NCBI GenBank assembly: GCA_945907755.1
Contig: CAMDTN010000008.1
Location: forward strand, 817-64,816
Length of the DNA: 64,000 nt
Direction: 5' to 3'
Source: Singulisphaera sp. GP187
GTDB lineage: Bacteria; Planctomycetota; GCA-002687715
How positions within the stretch are numbered: position 1 is the first letter of the stretch; the number at the start of each line of letters is the position of its first letter. The position numbers were made by a program, and so were the translations under genes. Positions 52,242 through 61,631 of this stretch are shown here, piece by piece. The notes under the pieces were generated by a model that saw only the letters and a program-made list of their open reading frames with translations, was not told the origin of the DNA and ran no database searches.

Positions 52242-54287
52242 ATGCGCTTGCCGCGCGGGTTCTTTTTCAAGCTCGTCCTGATCTTCCTCTGCATCGGTTT
52301 GTTGCCGCTCGCGGTTGTGTCGGTCACCGCTTGGAACGAAGCGCGCGACGCCATGAGCGAATCTGCCGCGCGCTTTTGGTTGTTGCGCACAGCGCGAGAA
52401 ACTGCGTCCATGCTGGACGGCGCCCTCGATGACATGCGCGTGTTGGCGCGTTCGTGGGCAGACGACGATTCTCTCGCGGCAGACTTGCGCGAGGCGGCCG
52501 GCGCCCAAGGCGGCGCAGCGTCCGATGCGCAACGCAACGCAGCGGCCACGCGCTTGCGACGCTTTTTGGACAACCGCAGGCGCTACCGCCCCGACCTTCA
52601 AGGCCTGCTGTTTGTGACCAGCGACGGAATCATCGCAGCACAAAGCACAACCAAGACTGGCGGTGGCACCGACAGCGAACGCCGTTTGGAAGGGCGCCCC
52701 TTGGCCCAAGTGCTGGTGGACCCGCAAGAGCGTGCATGGATTGAAACGGCGTTGGCACCAGGCGCAGCCGCTTTGGCGGAACAGCAAGTGCCTGTGTCGG
52801 CGCGCGACTGGCACCAATCGCGGCTGCTGCGTGCGGCGCGCGGCGATGGTGCTGCGCCCGAGAAGGTGCGCCCGGAAGTGTCCGACTGTTCCATCGGTTT
52901 CGCCTGCACCGTTCTTGCAGAAGACCGCCGCCAAGTCAGCGGCGTGTTGGTGGCCATCTTCGATTGGAAACGCATCCAAGACGCGCTGGATGAAGTGGGC
53001 CGAAGATTCCGCGTTGAAGACCACCCCGAAGATGGCGGGCGGCGCTACGCCACGGGATACCCCTTCTTGTTCGCGCGGGATCGCGACACCATCATCGCGC
53101 ACCACAACAAGAAATTGCTGGGAAGCAGCCTCACGCGCGACCATGATTTGAAAGTGCTGCAAGACGCCACCAGCGCGGCGCGCTCTGGAGTGTTCGCATA
53201 CGACTACCCCAAGGGCACACCGAAAATATCTGGCTTTGCGCACTTGAAGGGCCCCGAACTGAAGAGTTTCGGTTGGGTTGTTGGCGTCGGCATCAACGAA
53301 GGAGAAATTTTCGCTGAAGTGAACAGCCTCGGCGAATTCATGCTGTATGCAGCGCTGATTACAGCAGCCATGGTGGTGATTCTGGCCGCGGTGTTTTCGC
53401 ACCGTCTCACCGATCCGCTGCGACGACTGGTGGAACACACACAGCGCGTGGCCCACGGAGACTTGCACACCAAACTCGACTTGCAGCGCAACGACGAATT
53501 GGCTGTCTTGGCCAGCGCCTTCAACCGCATGACCGACGATTTGGAGCGCTCGCGGATCGCCCTCGTGGAGGCGGAGAAATCTGCCGCGTGGCGCGAGATG
53601 GCGCGGCAAGTAGCGCACGAAATCAAAAACCCGCTCACTCCGATTCTGTTAGGGGCGCAGCAGATTCGCCAAGCCAGCCACGACCGGCATCCACAATTGC
53701 AAGCACTCGTGGACGCCAATGTGGAAGCCATCTTGGACCAGTGTGAACACCTGCGCCGCATTGCCGCTGATTTCGGCGCGTTCGCCGGAGCTGCTCGTCG
53801 CGAAGTTGCGCCCCGCGCACTCTCGCCGCTTCTGCAAAAAGTGTTGGCTCCCTATCTGGATGGCCGGACCGGAGCAGTGCTGTGCACCTTCGAAAACCAC
53901 TTGCCAGAAGGCACGCACTTGCTGGCCGACGATCGCGAAATCCAGCGCCTGTTCCTGAATCTGCTGAACAACGCACTGGAAGCGTGCGGCGCACGAGGCG
54001 GCACCATTCGCATTGTTGCAGGCCTCGACAGCACGCAGCAGCGCATCAACATCCAAGTCAGCGACAGCGGGCCGGGCATGTCGGCCGAAGTGCGGGCGCG
54101 CCTGTTCGAGCCATACTTCTCCACGCGCACCAGCGGCACAGGCTTGGGGTTGGCGCTTTGTCGCCGCATCGTCGAAGACCACGGCGGCAGCATCGCCTGC
54201 AACGACAGCGGCCCCAGTGGCACGACCTTCGTCGTAGACCTGCCACTCTTGCGCACTTCCTCCGAGCCCGCGAAGCCGCAGGCATAG
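52242..54287 (+). CDS. Membrane sensor histidine kinase (Cache-like/HAMP, NtrY-like)
   Basis: Two TMs, HAMP, H-box WREMARQVAHEIKNPLTP, NLLNNA, DSGPG, FEPYFST, GTGLGL. Confidence 0.92.
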   Translation: MRLPRGFFFKLVLIFLCIGLLPLAVVSVTAWNEARDAMSESAARFWLLRTARETASMLDGALDDMRVLARSWADDDSLAADLREAAGAQGGAASDAQRNAAATRLRRFLDNRRRYRPDLQGLLFVTSDGIIAAQSTTKTGGGTDSERRLEGRPLAQVLVDPQERAWIETALAPGAAALAEQQVPVSARDWHQSRLLRAARGDGAAPEKVRPEVSDCSIGFACTVLAEDRRQVSGVLVAIFDWKRIQDALDEVGRRFRVEDHPEDGGRRYATGYPFLFARDRDTIIAHHNKKLLGSSLTRDHDLKVLQDATSAARSGVFAYDYPKGTPKISGFAHLKGPELKSFGWVVGVGINEGEIFAEVNSLGEFMLYAALITAAMVVILAAVFSHRLTDPLRRLVEHTQRVAHGDLHTKLDLQRNDELAVLASAFNRMTDDLERSRIALVEAEKSAAWREMARQVAHEIKNPLTPILLGAQQIRQASHDRHPQLQALVDANVEAILDQCEHLRRIAADFGAFAGAARREVAPRALSPLLQKVLAPYLDGRTGAVLCTFENHLPEGTHLLADDREIQRLFLNLLNNALEACGARGGTIRIVAGLDSTQQRINIQVSDSGPGMSAEVRARLFEPYFSTRTSGTGLGLALCRRIVEDHGGSIACNDSGPSGTTFVVDLPLLRTSSEPAKPQA

Positions 54288-54326
54288 ACTGCACGGCCAT
54301 CGCCTCCACTGCTGGGGGTTTCTGCG

Positions 54327-56147
54327 TTGCTGCTGGCCTCCGCTTTAGGTGTGTTGGCTCAAAGTTTGTTGAGTGCGCTCTGCCCGCAGAGTGTTCAAGC
54401 TGCGCTGCAACTGTGCTTGGCGGCGTTGCTGCTTCTAAGCCTGCGCTTCGAACGCGCCCTCGCCTTCGCGCTGGGAGGTTGCGCCATCGTGCTGTTGCCC
54501 GCGGCGCCGCCACTCGCAACGGATGCTGAAGATTGGTCGATGGCAGTGGAGGGTTTCGTGGCGCGAGTGCTGCCGGCCGAGGCGGAATATGGGCCGATGC
54601 TGCGCTTGCACAGTGGGTTGTTGCTGCGCGTTCCTCGCATCGGCGCACTGCCACCGGTGGGCGCCCTCGTGCGTGCGCGCGGCATCCTCGCCGGCACTGG
54701 CCGCTCGCTCCGCTGCACCGTTGCGCCGAAAGTGCTGGACCCAGCGCCCAGCGGATTCACCCCCACCCTGCTGCGCCTTAGCGAGCGCATGGGCGAACGC
54801 ATTGCTCGTGGGCTCGGCAGTGCTGACGCCCATTTGCTGCGCGCGTTGCTCTTAGGCGACAGCAGCATCGACCCCGAGCGCCGCGAACGGCTGGTCCTGA
54901 CAGGAACTCTGCATTTCTTCGCCATCTCCGGCATGCACCTCGTGCTGTTGATGGCGCTTGCGCAGCGCGCCATTGGACGCCACCGATTTCTGTTGCTGTT
55001 GCTGATCACCACCTATGCCGCGTTGTGTGGCTTTGCCGTGCCGATCCAACGCGCGTTCATCAGCACCGCGCTGTTCTTGCTGGCGGGGCTGCTGCAACGG
55101 CCCGCTTGCGGCCAACGGCATTGGTGGCTGGCGCTGGCGGCGGTGGTGCTTGGATCGCCTCGGGCCAGCGAATCGCCGGGGTTTTGGCTGACTTTCGCTG
55201 CAACCGCGGGCATCCTGTGGGGCGCGCGCGCACGCGGCGCGCAAGCTGACGACGCCGCACCGTTGCGACACATGCAGGCAACGCGCACTGCCAGCGTGTG
55301 GCAACGACTGATCACCTGGGTTGCAGACAATTTGCGCGTCACTCTGTGCGCCACCTGCGCAAGCGCGCCAGTGACCGTGGTGTTTTTCCGCCAGCTCACC
55401 CCTGCCGCCATCATGGGATCGTTGCTGCTCGCACCCGTGGTGACCGTGTTGATGATCTTGGCGTTGGCGAAGCTCGTCTTCCCCGATCTCGCGCTGTTAG
55501 GCGGCGCAATCAAAGGCAGTTTGCATGCTCTCGACACAACCCTGTTGTGGTTGGAGCAGGTGCCTTGTGGCAATGTGCCGGTGGCGACGCCGGCGCTGAC
55601 CGCGTGGATCGGCGTGTTTGCAGCTTGTGCATTGCTCGCGGCCGCTCGCACGCGCTGGGCACCGCTACTCGCCTGTGCACTGGTGCACTGTGCGTTACTG
55701 ATGCCCGCAAGCACGCCGCCGCGAGTGGTGCTGCTTCACAACGCCGCTGGGGGTGCGGTCATCGACGTGCGTGAAGCCAACACCCACACGGGCCATCTGA
55801 TTCACGGAAAAGTCACCAGCGCGGATGCGCCGACGCTGCGGCAAGTGGATGTGCTGCGCGTGGTCAGCGGCGCACCGGATGCGCAAGCGCCGCGCGGTGG
55901 CGCGTGGCCGCGTGCGGTGTCGCTGCAAGCGGCCGCCCACTTCGCGCCGAGATTGGGCATGAACTTCGGCCTGTTTGAAGCCGGCGGCATGTTGCCATTG
56001 TTGCGCTCGTGCCCACGCCAACTCGGAGCGTGCTCGACCATGCGCAAACTCGCGGACGCCGCAATGGCAGCCGCTGCGGGGACGCCGCTCCAAAACGCAC
56101 GACGCGGCAAGCCGCTCGTCTTTGAGCAACCTGCCGCCACGTGGTGA
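54327..56147 (+). CDS. comEC: ComEC/Rec2 competence membrane protein, degenerate C-terminal domain
   Basis: ALLLGD, GTLHFFAISGMH, RA, GFWLTFAAT; no HxHxDH; start uncertain. Confidence 0.8.
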   Translation: MLLASALGVLAQSLLSALCPQSVQAALQLCLAALLLLSLRFERALAFALGGCAIVLLPAAPPLATDAEDWSMAVEGFVARVLPAEAEYGPMLRLHSGLLLRVPRIGALPPVGALVRARGILAGTGRSLRCTVAPKVLDPAPSGFTPTLLRLSERMGERIARGLGSADAHLLRALLLGDSSIDPERRERLVLTGTLHFFAISGMHLVLLMALAQRAIGRHRFLLLLLITTYAALCGFAVPIQRAFISTALFLLAGLLQRPACGQRHWWLALAAVVLGSPRASESPGFWLTFAATAGILWGARARGAQADDAAPLRHMQATRTASVWQRLITWVADNLRVTLCATCASAPVTVVFFRQLTPAAIMGSLLLAPVVTVLMILALAKLVFPDLALLGGAIKGSLHALDTTLLWLEQVPCGNVPVATPALTAWIGVFAACALLAAARTRWAPLLACALVHCALLMPASTPPRVVLLHNAAGGAVIDVREANTHTGHLIHGKVTSADAPTLRQVDVLRVVSGAPDAQAPRGGAWPRAVSLQAAAHFAPRLGMNFGLFEAGGMLPLLRSCPRQLGACSTMRKLADAAMAAAAGTPLQNARRGKPLVFEQPAATW

Positions 56148-56163
56148 TTGAAACTTTGAAGGA

Positions 56164-56559
56164 TCAGCGCTTGCTGAACTGGAAGGAGCGCCGGGCGCCG
56201 CGGCGACCGTACTTCTTGCGTTCCTTCATGCGCGAATCGCGCGTGAGCATGCCACCTTGGCGCATGACCGCCTTGTGGGCCTCAACGTCGATTTCGACCA
56301 ACGCACGAGCGATGCCCAAGGAGATGGCACCGGCTTGGCCAGTGAGGCCTCCGCCGTTGACACTCACATGCACATCGAACGCTTTGCGCTTGTCCACTGC
56401 CAGCAGCGGGGCTTCCGCCGTGCGCAGCCACTCTGCGCCGGGAAAGTACTCAGCCACTTCACGCTTGTTGACGAGGAAGGTGCCTGTGCCGGGCCGGACG
56501 CGAACTTGCGCCACGGAGGACTTGCGCCTGCCAGTTGCCGTTGTGTATGCGATGCTCAC
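56164..56559 (-). CDS. rpsI: 30S ribosomal protein S9
   Basis: TGRRKSSVA, GGGLTGQAGA, ERKKYG..ARRSFQFSKR. Confidence 0.98.
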   Translation of the reverse strand: MSIAYTTATGRRKSSVAQVRVRPGTGTFLVNKREVAEYFPGAEWLRTAEAPLLAVDKRKAFDVHVSVNGGGLTGQAGAISLGIARALVEIDVEAHKAVMRQGGMLTRDSRMKERKKYGRRGARRSFQFSKR

Positions 56560-56573
56560 TGGGTTTCCTCAGC

Positions 56574-57008
56574 TCAGGACAGCTTGACGGTCTTGGGGTT
56601 TTGGGCCTCGTGCGGATGTTCGTTACCCGCATAGACCTTGAGTTTGTAGAACATGGCGCGGCCGAGTTTGGTCTTCGGCAGCATCCGGCGAACCGCCAGT
56701 TCGATGACTTGAGTGGGATGCTTGGCCAGCACTTCGGCGTAGGGGCGGCGCACCAAGCCACCGATCCACCCGGTGTGGTGGATGTAAACCTTCTGCTTCG
56801 CCTTGTTGCCCGTGACCACAATGGAGCTGGCATCCGTGATGACCACGAAGTCGCCAACGTCACAGTGGGGGGTGTAAGTGGGCTTGTGCTTGCCCATCAG
56901 AATCTGAGCGACCCGAGCCGCGAGGCGGCCGAGTACCTGATCCTTGGCGCTGATATGGAGCCACTTGCGGTTGGCAGTGGCAGCGTTCGCATGTGTCGTG
57001 CAGTTCAT
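56574..57008 (-). CDS. rplM: 50S ribosomal protein L13
   Basis: LGRLAA..A..LMGKHKPTYTPH.D.GD, MLPKTKLGR, LKVYAG..HPH.AQ; start 57008 or 57017. Confidence 0.97.
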   Translation of the reverse strand: MNCTTHANAATANRKWLHISAKDQVLGRLAARVAQILMGKHKPTYTPHCDVGDFVVITDASSIVVTGNKAKQKVYIHHTGWIGGLVRRPYAEVLAKHPTQVIELAVRRMLPKTKLGRAMFYKLKVYAGNEHPHEAQNPKTVKLS

Positions 57009-57203
57009 CGGTCTCATCCAGGAGGGGCGGCCAAACTGGGGGAAGATCCACCAGTCAGCGCGTCGCCCCAAGGGGTGCGCACTCTATCAGCGCGCGTGGC
57101 GCCACCAAAGGGGAGAAAAACTGCCCCGTTTTCGGCCCCGCAGCCTACCCCGGCCGATCCACCGGCCCAAGCGTTGCGGATCGGTGGCAACTGGCGCTCG
57201 TTC

Positions 57204-59333
57204 TCATGGCCGCGGCCACGGGAGCATCCAGAAGCAACCGAGGTCGCGTTGGACGAGCCAATCGGCGCTGATGTCGCCACGGGCGACGCCATCGAGAGCC
57301 ACTAACAAGTGACGCGGCATCTGTGTGCCATAGCGCCCCTGCAATTTGCGGAACGAGGCCTCTACGCCCGGCGCGAAGAAGGAATCTGCGGCGACGGCAA
57401 TTAAGCGTTCACCCTCGCGGCGGTAGTGCGCCACCACACGGCCGTCCTCCACCAACAACGCCGCGCGCACCGATGCCCCTGCGAAGGCACCATCGTGCTG
57501 CAGCGCGTGGATGCCGATGCTGCCATCGACGCGCGCTTCGAAGCGCCACGGCGCCGCCTCCGCGCTGTCGATACGCGCCAGCACTTTGTCTTGATGCCTA
57601 TCGAGCGACAGCCCCCAGCGCGTGTGCTCCTGCGGCACCAACTCGCGCGGCACTTGCAGCGCATGGGTGCCCGCCAACACCGTCACATCTGCATTGCGCG
57701 GAAATTCCATCACGCGCTCTTCTGCACTCATGGATGCGTACGCCAAGAAGCGCCGCAGCACCAAAGGTGGCGCAGCACTCGCTGCACTTTGTTCCGCTGT
57801 GCGCGGAGACAGCAGCAAGCCCATGGACTGGGTGTAGACCTGATTGTCTTTGAGGAAGATGCTCTTCAACACGCGGTAGCCACCGCCCGCGATGATCACC
57901 ACCACGAAGCTGACCGAGATGAGATACACCGTCGGCGATTTGTGCGCATCCAAACTGAGCGGCAGCAAGAAGGCCAGCAAGAACGCGAGGTGATAGACCA
58001 CCACAAACCAGAACACCGACGACAAATCTAATTCTTGCCACTGCAAGGGCACGAAGGTGTCCAAGAACTCGCGGTCTGCGGAACCGAGCAGCGGGCGCCG
58101 CCACAGACGCCACGCACCGTCGGTAACCGCGCCCTGCGTGATGCGACGCACGCAACCATTGCCCCACAGCGTTTCGGATGCCGCGCGGGATTGCTCCAAC
58201 AACACCAAGGCCCCTGCTGCCGCAGCGCCTTGCAACACCGCGCGCTGCTGCGGCGCCAACGCATCCCAGTGAGATTCTTGCAGCACGATGCAATCGAATG
58301 CTTCGCATGCGCCTGCACCCAACGCCAAGGCGCGTGCGTCCAAGGAGACAGCATGAACTGCGCCGCCAGGTCCAGCGCCCAAAGAGCTGCCGGGCCCTAA
58401 GCGCGCAAATAAACCTGAATCACGCCCGATCAAGCGCCACGGTGCGCTGATGCGCTGCGCCGCAGTTCCTGCACTGGTGCGCAGGTGATCTTGCTCGGCA
58501 GAAGGCGTCAGCAGCACCAAATGCTCGAGACCATCTGCAGGAACCTCCACGGCACCGCAGCCAGTGGAGAGACTGCACACTCCCGCGCCTTCAGGCACAA
58601 CGACAACCACTGGTGTGCGACCGCCGCTGCGGGCCATGCCGCCAGCCAAACTCTCCACGCGCGGCGCTGCTTGCGGCATCGGGAGCAAGCACAGCAGCAC
58701 ACCGGCCACTGCAACGCCTACGCGACGGCGCGGCGGCAATGCCACCATCCACGCAGCAGCAGCCAACGCAAGAAAGGGCACTAATGATGGAACTTCGCGC
58801 TGCAAGCAAATGCGCTGCACCCAATCCAGCGGCGAAAGCAGCGCGATGCCATGGGACAGTTGCGCCGCACCGCTACCCCGCGAGAGCAGCGCCGCGCACG
58901 GCGCAACGACCATCCATCCGGCAACAAATGCGCAGACGCGCATGCCGCAGTCTGCGCTGCGGCTCCAGCGCGCCAGCACTAAAGGCAGCGCTGCCGCCGT
59001 GGCCGCCATGGCCGCAGCGCAAGCAAGGCCCTGCAAACTGACCGCGCTGATGTAGGCGCAAAAGACTAGCGGCACGCTGGAAAAAATGAGGCTGTCGCAA
59101 GCCAGCACCATGGCGGCACGGCGGCCTCCGCCGCGTGGCGTGCGTTGCAGCACCCAAGGCAAAGTGAATAGCGGAAAAAACAGCAGCAGTGCGGTGTAGG
59201 CCGCGAGTGCACGCTCGCGCGGCAGCACAGCTAACAAGGGCGCTCCATCGGCGCGCACCAAGACCAAAGCCACTAGCAAGGCCCCGGAAATGGCCACAAA
59301 GCCGAGGATCCAAAGAGTGATGATCCTGTTCAC
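57204..59333 (-). CDS. Multi-pass membrane protein with a soluble class I GATase-like alpha/beta segment
   Basis: About 6 N-terminal TMs (SPLDW as in ABC-2 permeases), FDCIVL....DAL..QQ..L...AAAG..VL..GNG.V, two further TMs and a soluble C-terminus. Confidence 0.6.
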   Translation of the reverse strand: MNRIITLWILGFVAISGALLVALVLVRADGAPLLAVLPRERALAAYTALLLFFPLFTLPWVLQRTPRGGGRRAAMVLACDSLIFSSVPLVFCAYISAVSLQGLACAAAMAATAAALPLVLARWSRSADCGMRVCAFVAGWMVVAPCAALLSRGSGAAQLSHGIALLSPLDWVQRICLQREVPSLVPFLALAAAAWMVALPPRRRVGVAVAGVLLCLLPMPQAAPRVESLAGGMARSGGRTPVVVVVPEGAGVCSLSTGCGAVEVPADGLEHLVLLTPSAEQDHLRTSAGTAAQRISAPWRLIGRDSGLFARLGPGSSLGAGPGGAVHAVSLDARALALGAGACEAFDCIVLQESHWDALAPQQRAVLQGAAAAGALVLLEQSRAASETLWGNGCVRRITQGAVTDGAWRLWRRPLLGSADREFLDTFVPLQWQELDLSSVFWFVVVYHLAFLLAFLLPLSLDAHKSPTVYLISVSFVVVIIAGGGYRVLKSIFLKDNQVYTQSMGLLLSPRTAEQSAASAAPPLVLRRFLAYASMSAEERVMEFPRNADVTVLAGTHALQVPRELVPQEHTRWGLSLDRHQDKVLARIDSAEAAPWRFEARVDGSIGIHALQHDGAFAGASVRAALLVEDGRVVAHYRREGERLIAVAADSFFAPGVEASFRKLQGRYGTQMPRHLLVALDGVARGDISADWLVQRDLGCFWMLPWPRP

Positions 59334-59357
59334 GACGCGCTGATAGTAGCGGAGGGT

Positions 59358-60236
59358 TTAGTGCGCTTTGACTTCGCGAATGTCGCAGCCGCCCGGATAG
59401 CTCAAGTTCACTTCTGCAACACCGACCAGCCCTTCGAAACGCACCAGCGCCAAGCGCAGCGCGTCCAACTTTGCGCGCGTGTCGGCGCGCCCTGCTGTGG
59501 GGTCGGAACCCGGTGCAATCCCCCACACGATGCGCGCAGGTTTGTCGGTGATGAGTACAAGATCGCAGTCGCCCGCTTTGCGCGGCGTGCCCGCGACGCC
59601 GACGCGCACTTCTTTCACTTGCAACGATTCAAGGGCCGGGTGATCGCCACTGCTGCGCAGCGCGTTCAGCAGCGCGATGGCCTCCAGCCATGCTGCGTGT
59701 TGCGGCAGCGTGAGTCGGCCTCCAGCAATGGGTGCCGCGCCCGCTGTTGCCGTGACCAACGGCAGCACTCCAGCTTGCACCTTCGCATGACGCTCGATGA
59801 CGAAACCCTCGGCATCAACCATGATGCGTTCGTTGCCACTGGTTAGGAGCGCCACCGGCGTGCGCAACTCGACCTCAAGTTCCACTGCGTTCGGAAACAC
59901 CCGCTGCACTGTGCGCACTTCACGCACCCACGGTTTTTTCGACGCCGCTTCTGCAGCGAGGCGCGGCAAATTTGCATCGAACACCGAACATTCGCCTGAG
60001 AGCAGCGCGCGGTCGAGCCCGGTTTCAGCAGCGCCGCCTGACAACCAACTCGGCACCGAGGCCACCGTAATCGTCGCCGCAGGCACGCGATAGCGCGGCA
60101 TGTCGACGGCCCGGCGCGTCAGCAACACGGTCAACCCCATCAAGGCGATCAGCGTGATGACTGGCGCGATGCGTCCGCGAGACAGCGCGCCCCACGCTGC
60201 GCGCGTGGAGTCGCTGGGTTTGGCAGTGCGAGCCAC
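59358..60236 (-). CDS. ftsQ: FtsQ/DivIB-like POTRA-domain cell division protein
   Basis: Single TM, then PWVREV..V.R.FPN.V.LEVELRTPVA, VDAEG.V, LP.V and I.WG; dcw context. Confidence 0.72.
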   Translation of the reverse strand: MARTAKPSDSTRAAWGALSRGRIAPVITLIALMGLTVLLTRRAVDMPRYRVPAATITVASVPSWLSGGAAETGLDRALLSGECSVFDANLPRLAAEAASKKPWVREVRTVQRVFPNAVELEVELRTPVALLTSGNERIMVDAEGFVIERHAKVQAGVLPLVTATAGAAPIAGGRLTLPQHAAWLEAIALLNALRSSGDHPALESLQVKEVRVGVAGTPRKAGDCDLVLITDKPARIVWGIAPGSDPTAGRADTRAKLDALRLALVRFEGLVGVAEVNLSYPGGCDIREVKAH

Positions 60237-60247
60237 GGCCGCGAAGC

Positions 60248-60493
60248 TCAGCCGACCTTGGGCTGAACCGCGCCTGACTGCGCAAACTTCTTCTGATTCT
60301 GTTCGCGCACCGCGCGCCAGCTCACATCGAAGTCTTCCACGAACATGCTCATGGTCTCGATGATGCTCTTCAACTGTTCGCGCTCGAGCGTCACCGCTGC
60401 TTCATTGCGCGATGTTTCCAACTCGTGGTTGAGGAGATTCACCGCCACGCGCACTGCATGCAGCCGACGATCCACAAATTTGCCCATGTCCAT
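60248..60493 (-). CDS. Small helical hypothetical protein (81 aa) within the dcw region
   Basis: Strong RBS (GGGAGG), amphipathic helices, composition unlike GC shadow ORFs. Confidence 0.75.
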   Translation of the reverse strand: MDMGKFVDRRLHAVRVAVNLLNHELETSRNEAAVTLEREQLKSIIETMSMFVEDFDVSWRAVREQNQKKFAQSGAVQPKVG

Positions 60494-60716
60494 GAGACAT
60501 CCTCCCGCTCCAGCCCGGAGCCGTCACAAAACCGCTTCTGAATTCTTGAGATCGCGCGCATCGCAGCGTGCGCTGCGCGGACTCAAAGTCCGCGCGGAGT
60601 CTATGGGCCGTCTTCGGAACATGCAACAAGGAATGGTGGGCCCGCGGCTGCCGCCCGCGGCCCGTAGTGCTCTGTGCGGTAGGCGCGGCACGGCAGCGTT
60701 GAAAGCAGGCGGTTGC

Positions 60717-61631
60717 CTATGTCCAAACGCGCACTTCGCGCTCCAAACCGATGCCGCATTGCCGCCGCACCAAATCCTCGGCGCGCTCCAGCAGCGTAAG
60801 AATGTCCGCGGCCCGAGCAGCCCCGAGATTCTCGATGAAATTGCCGTGCTTGGGGGAAATCCGCGCGTCACCCTGCTGCGCTCCCTTCAGACCAACGCTT
60901 TCGATCAGTTTCCCAGCGCTTTGCCCCGGCGGGTTCTTGAACATGCAGCCGAAGTTCCAAGCCTGAGTGGGCTGGGCTTCGTTCTTTTCTTTCAGGATGC
61001 GCCCGGCCTCGCGCTTCAATGATCTGGCATCGTCATTGGGCTGCAGTTTCCAGCACACTTGAGTCACCACGGCGCCCTGCGGCAGGCGGCTGAAGCGATA
61101 CCCGAAAGCCAAGTCCACGGCTTCGATCCGGTGCAGCTCTCCGTCGGGCAGCGCCACTTCCGCCCAAGCGACGACATCCGCCATGGCGCCGTAGCGCCCA
61201 CCGGCGTTCATGGCGAGGGCTCCACCGATTTGCCCAGGGATACCGGTCAACACCTGCGCCCCCGCCAATCCGAGGTCGGTGCTGTGATTCACCGCGCGCT
61301 GCAACACATGTCCGGCACCGAGCACTAATTCAGATCCGTCTTGCACGCAGGCATCCAAGCGGTCCGGGTGGATGATCACATCGGTTTGCGGCGCATCGCT
61401 TATCAGCAAGTTGCTGCCGCCACCGAGGACGCGCCAGCCGCGACCTGCCTGCTGCAACGCTCGCAGCAACTGGGCCAGTTCTTGCGCGCTTCTTGGGCGC
61501 ACGAAATCTTTGGCCACACCGCCAACGCGCACTCTGGTGCGCTGGCGCAAGTCCACATCATGCTCTGCGGCGAACGCCTGCTCCCAGCCTTGGCCGTCCG
61601 TCGCAGGCGTTCTTTCATTCTCCGTTGGCAT
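60717..61631 (-). CDS. murB: UDP-N-acetylenolpyruvoylglucosamine reductase
   Basis: VGG.A, LGGGSNLLISD, GIPGQIGGALAMNAG, FGYRFS, GCMFKNP, KHGNFIEN, LEREV. Confidence 0.95.
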   Translation of the reverse strand: MPTENERTPATDGQGWEQAFAAEHDVDLRQRTRVRVGGVAKDFVRPRSAQELAQLLRALQQAGRGWRVLGGGSNLLISDAPQTDVIIHPDRLDACVQDGSELVLGAGHVLQRAVNHSTDLGLAGAQVLTGIPGQIGGALAMNAGGRYGAMADVVAWAEVALPDGELHRIEAVDLAFGYRFSRLPQGAVVTQVCWKLQPNDDARSLKREAGRILKEKNEAQPTQAWNFGCMFKNPPGQSAGKLIESVGLKGAQQGDARISPKHGNFIENLGAARAADILTLLERAEDLVRRQCGIGLEREVRVWT

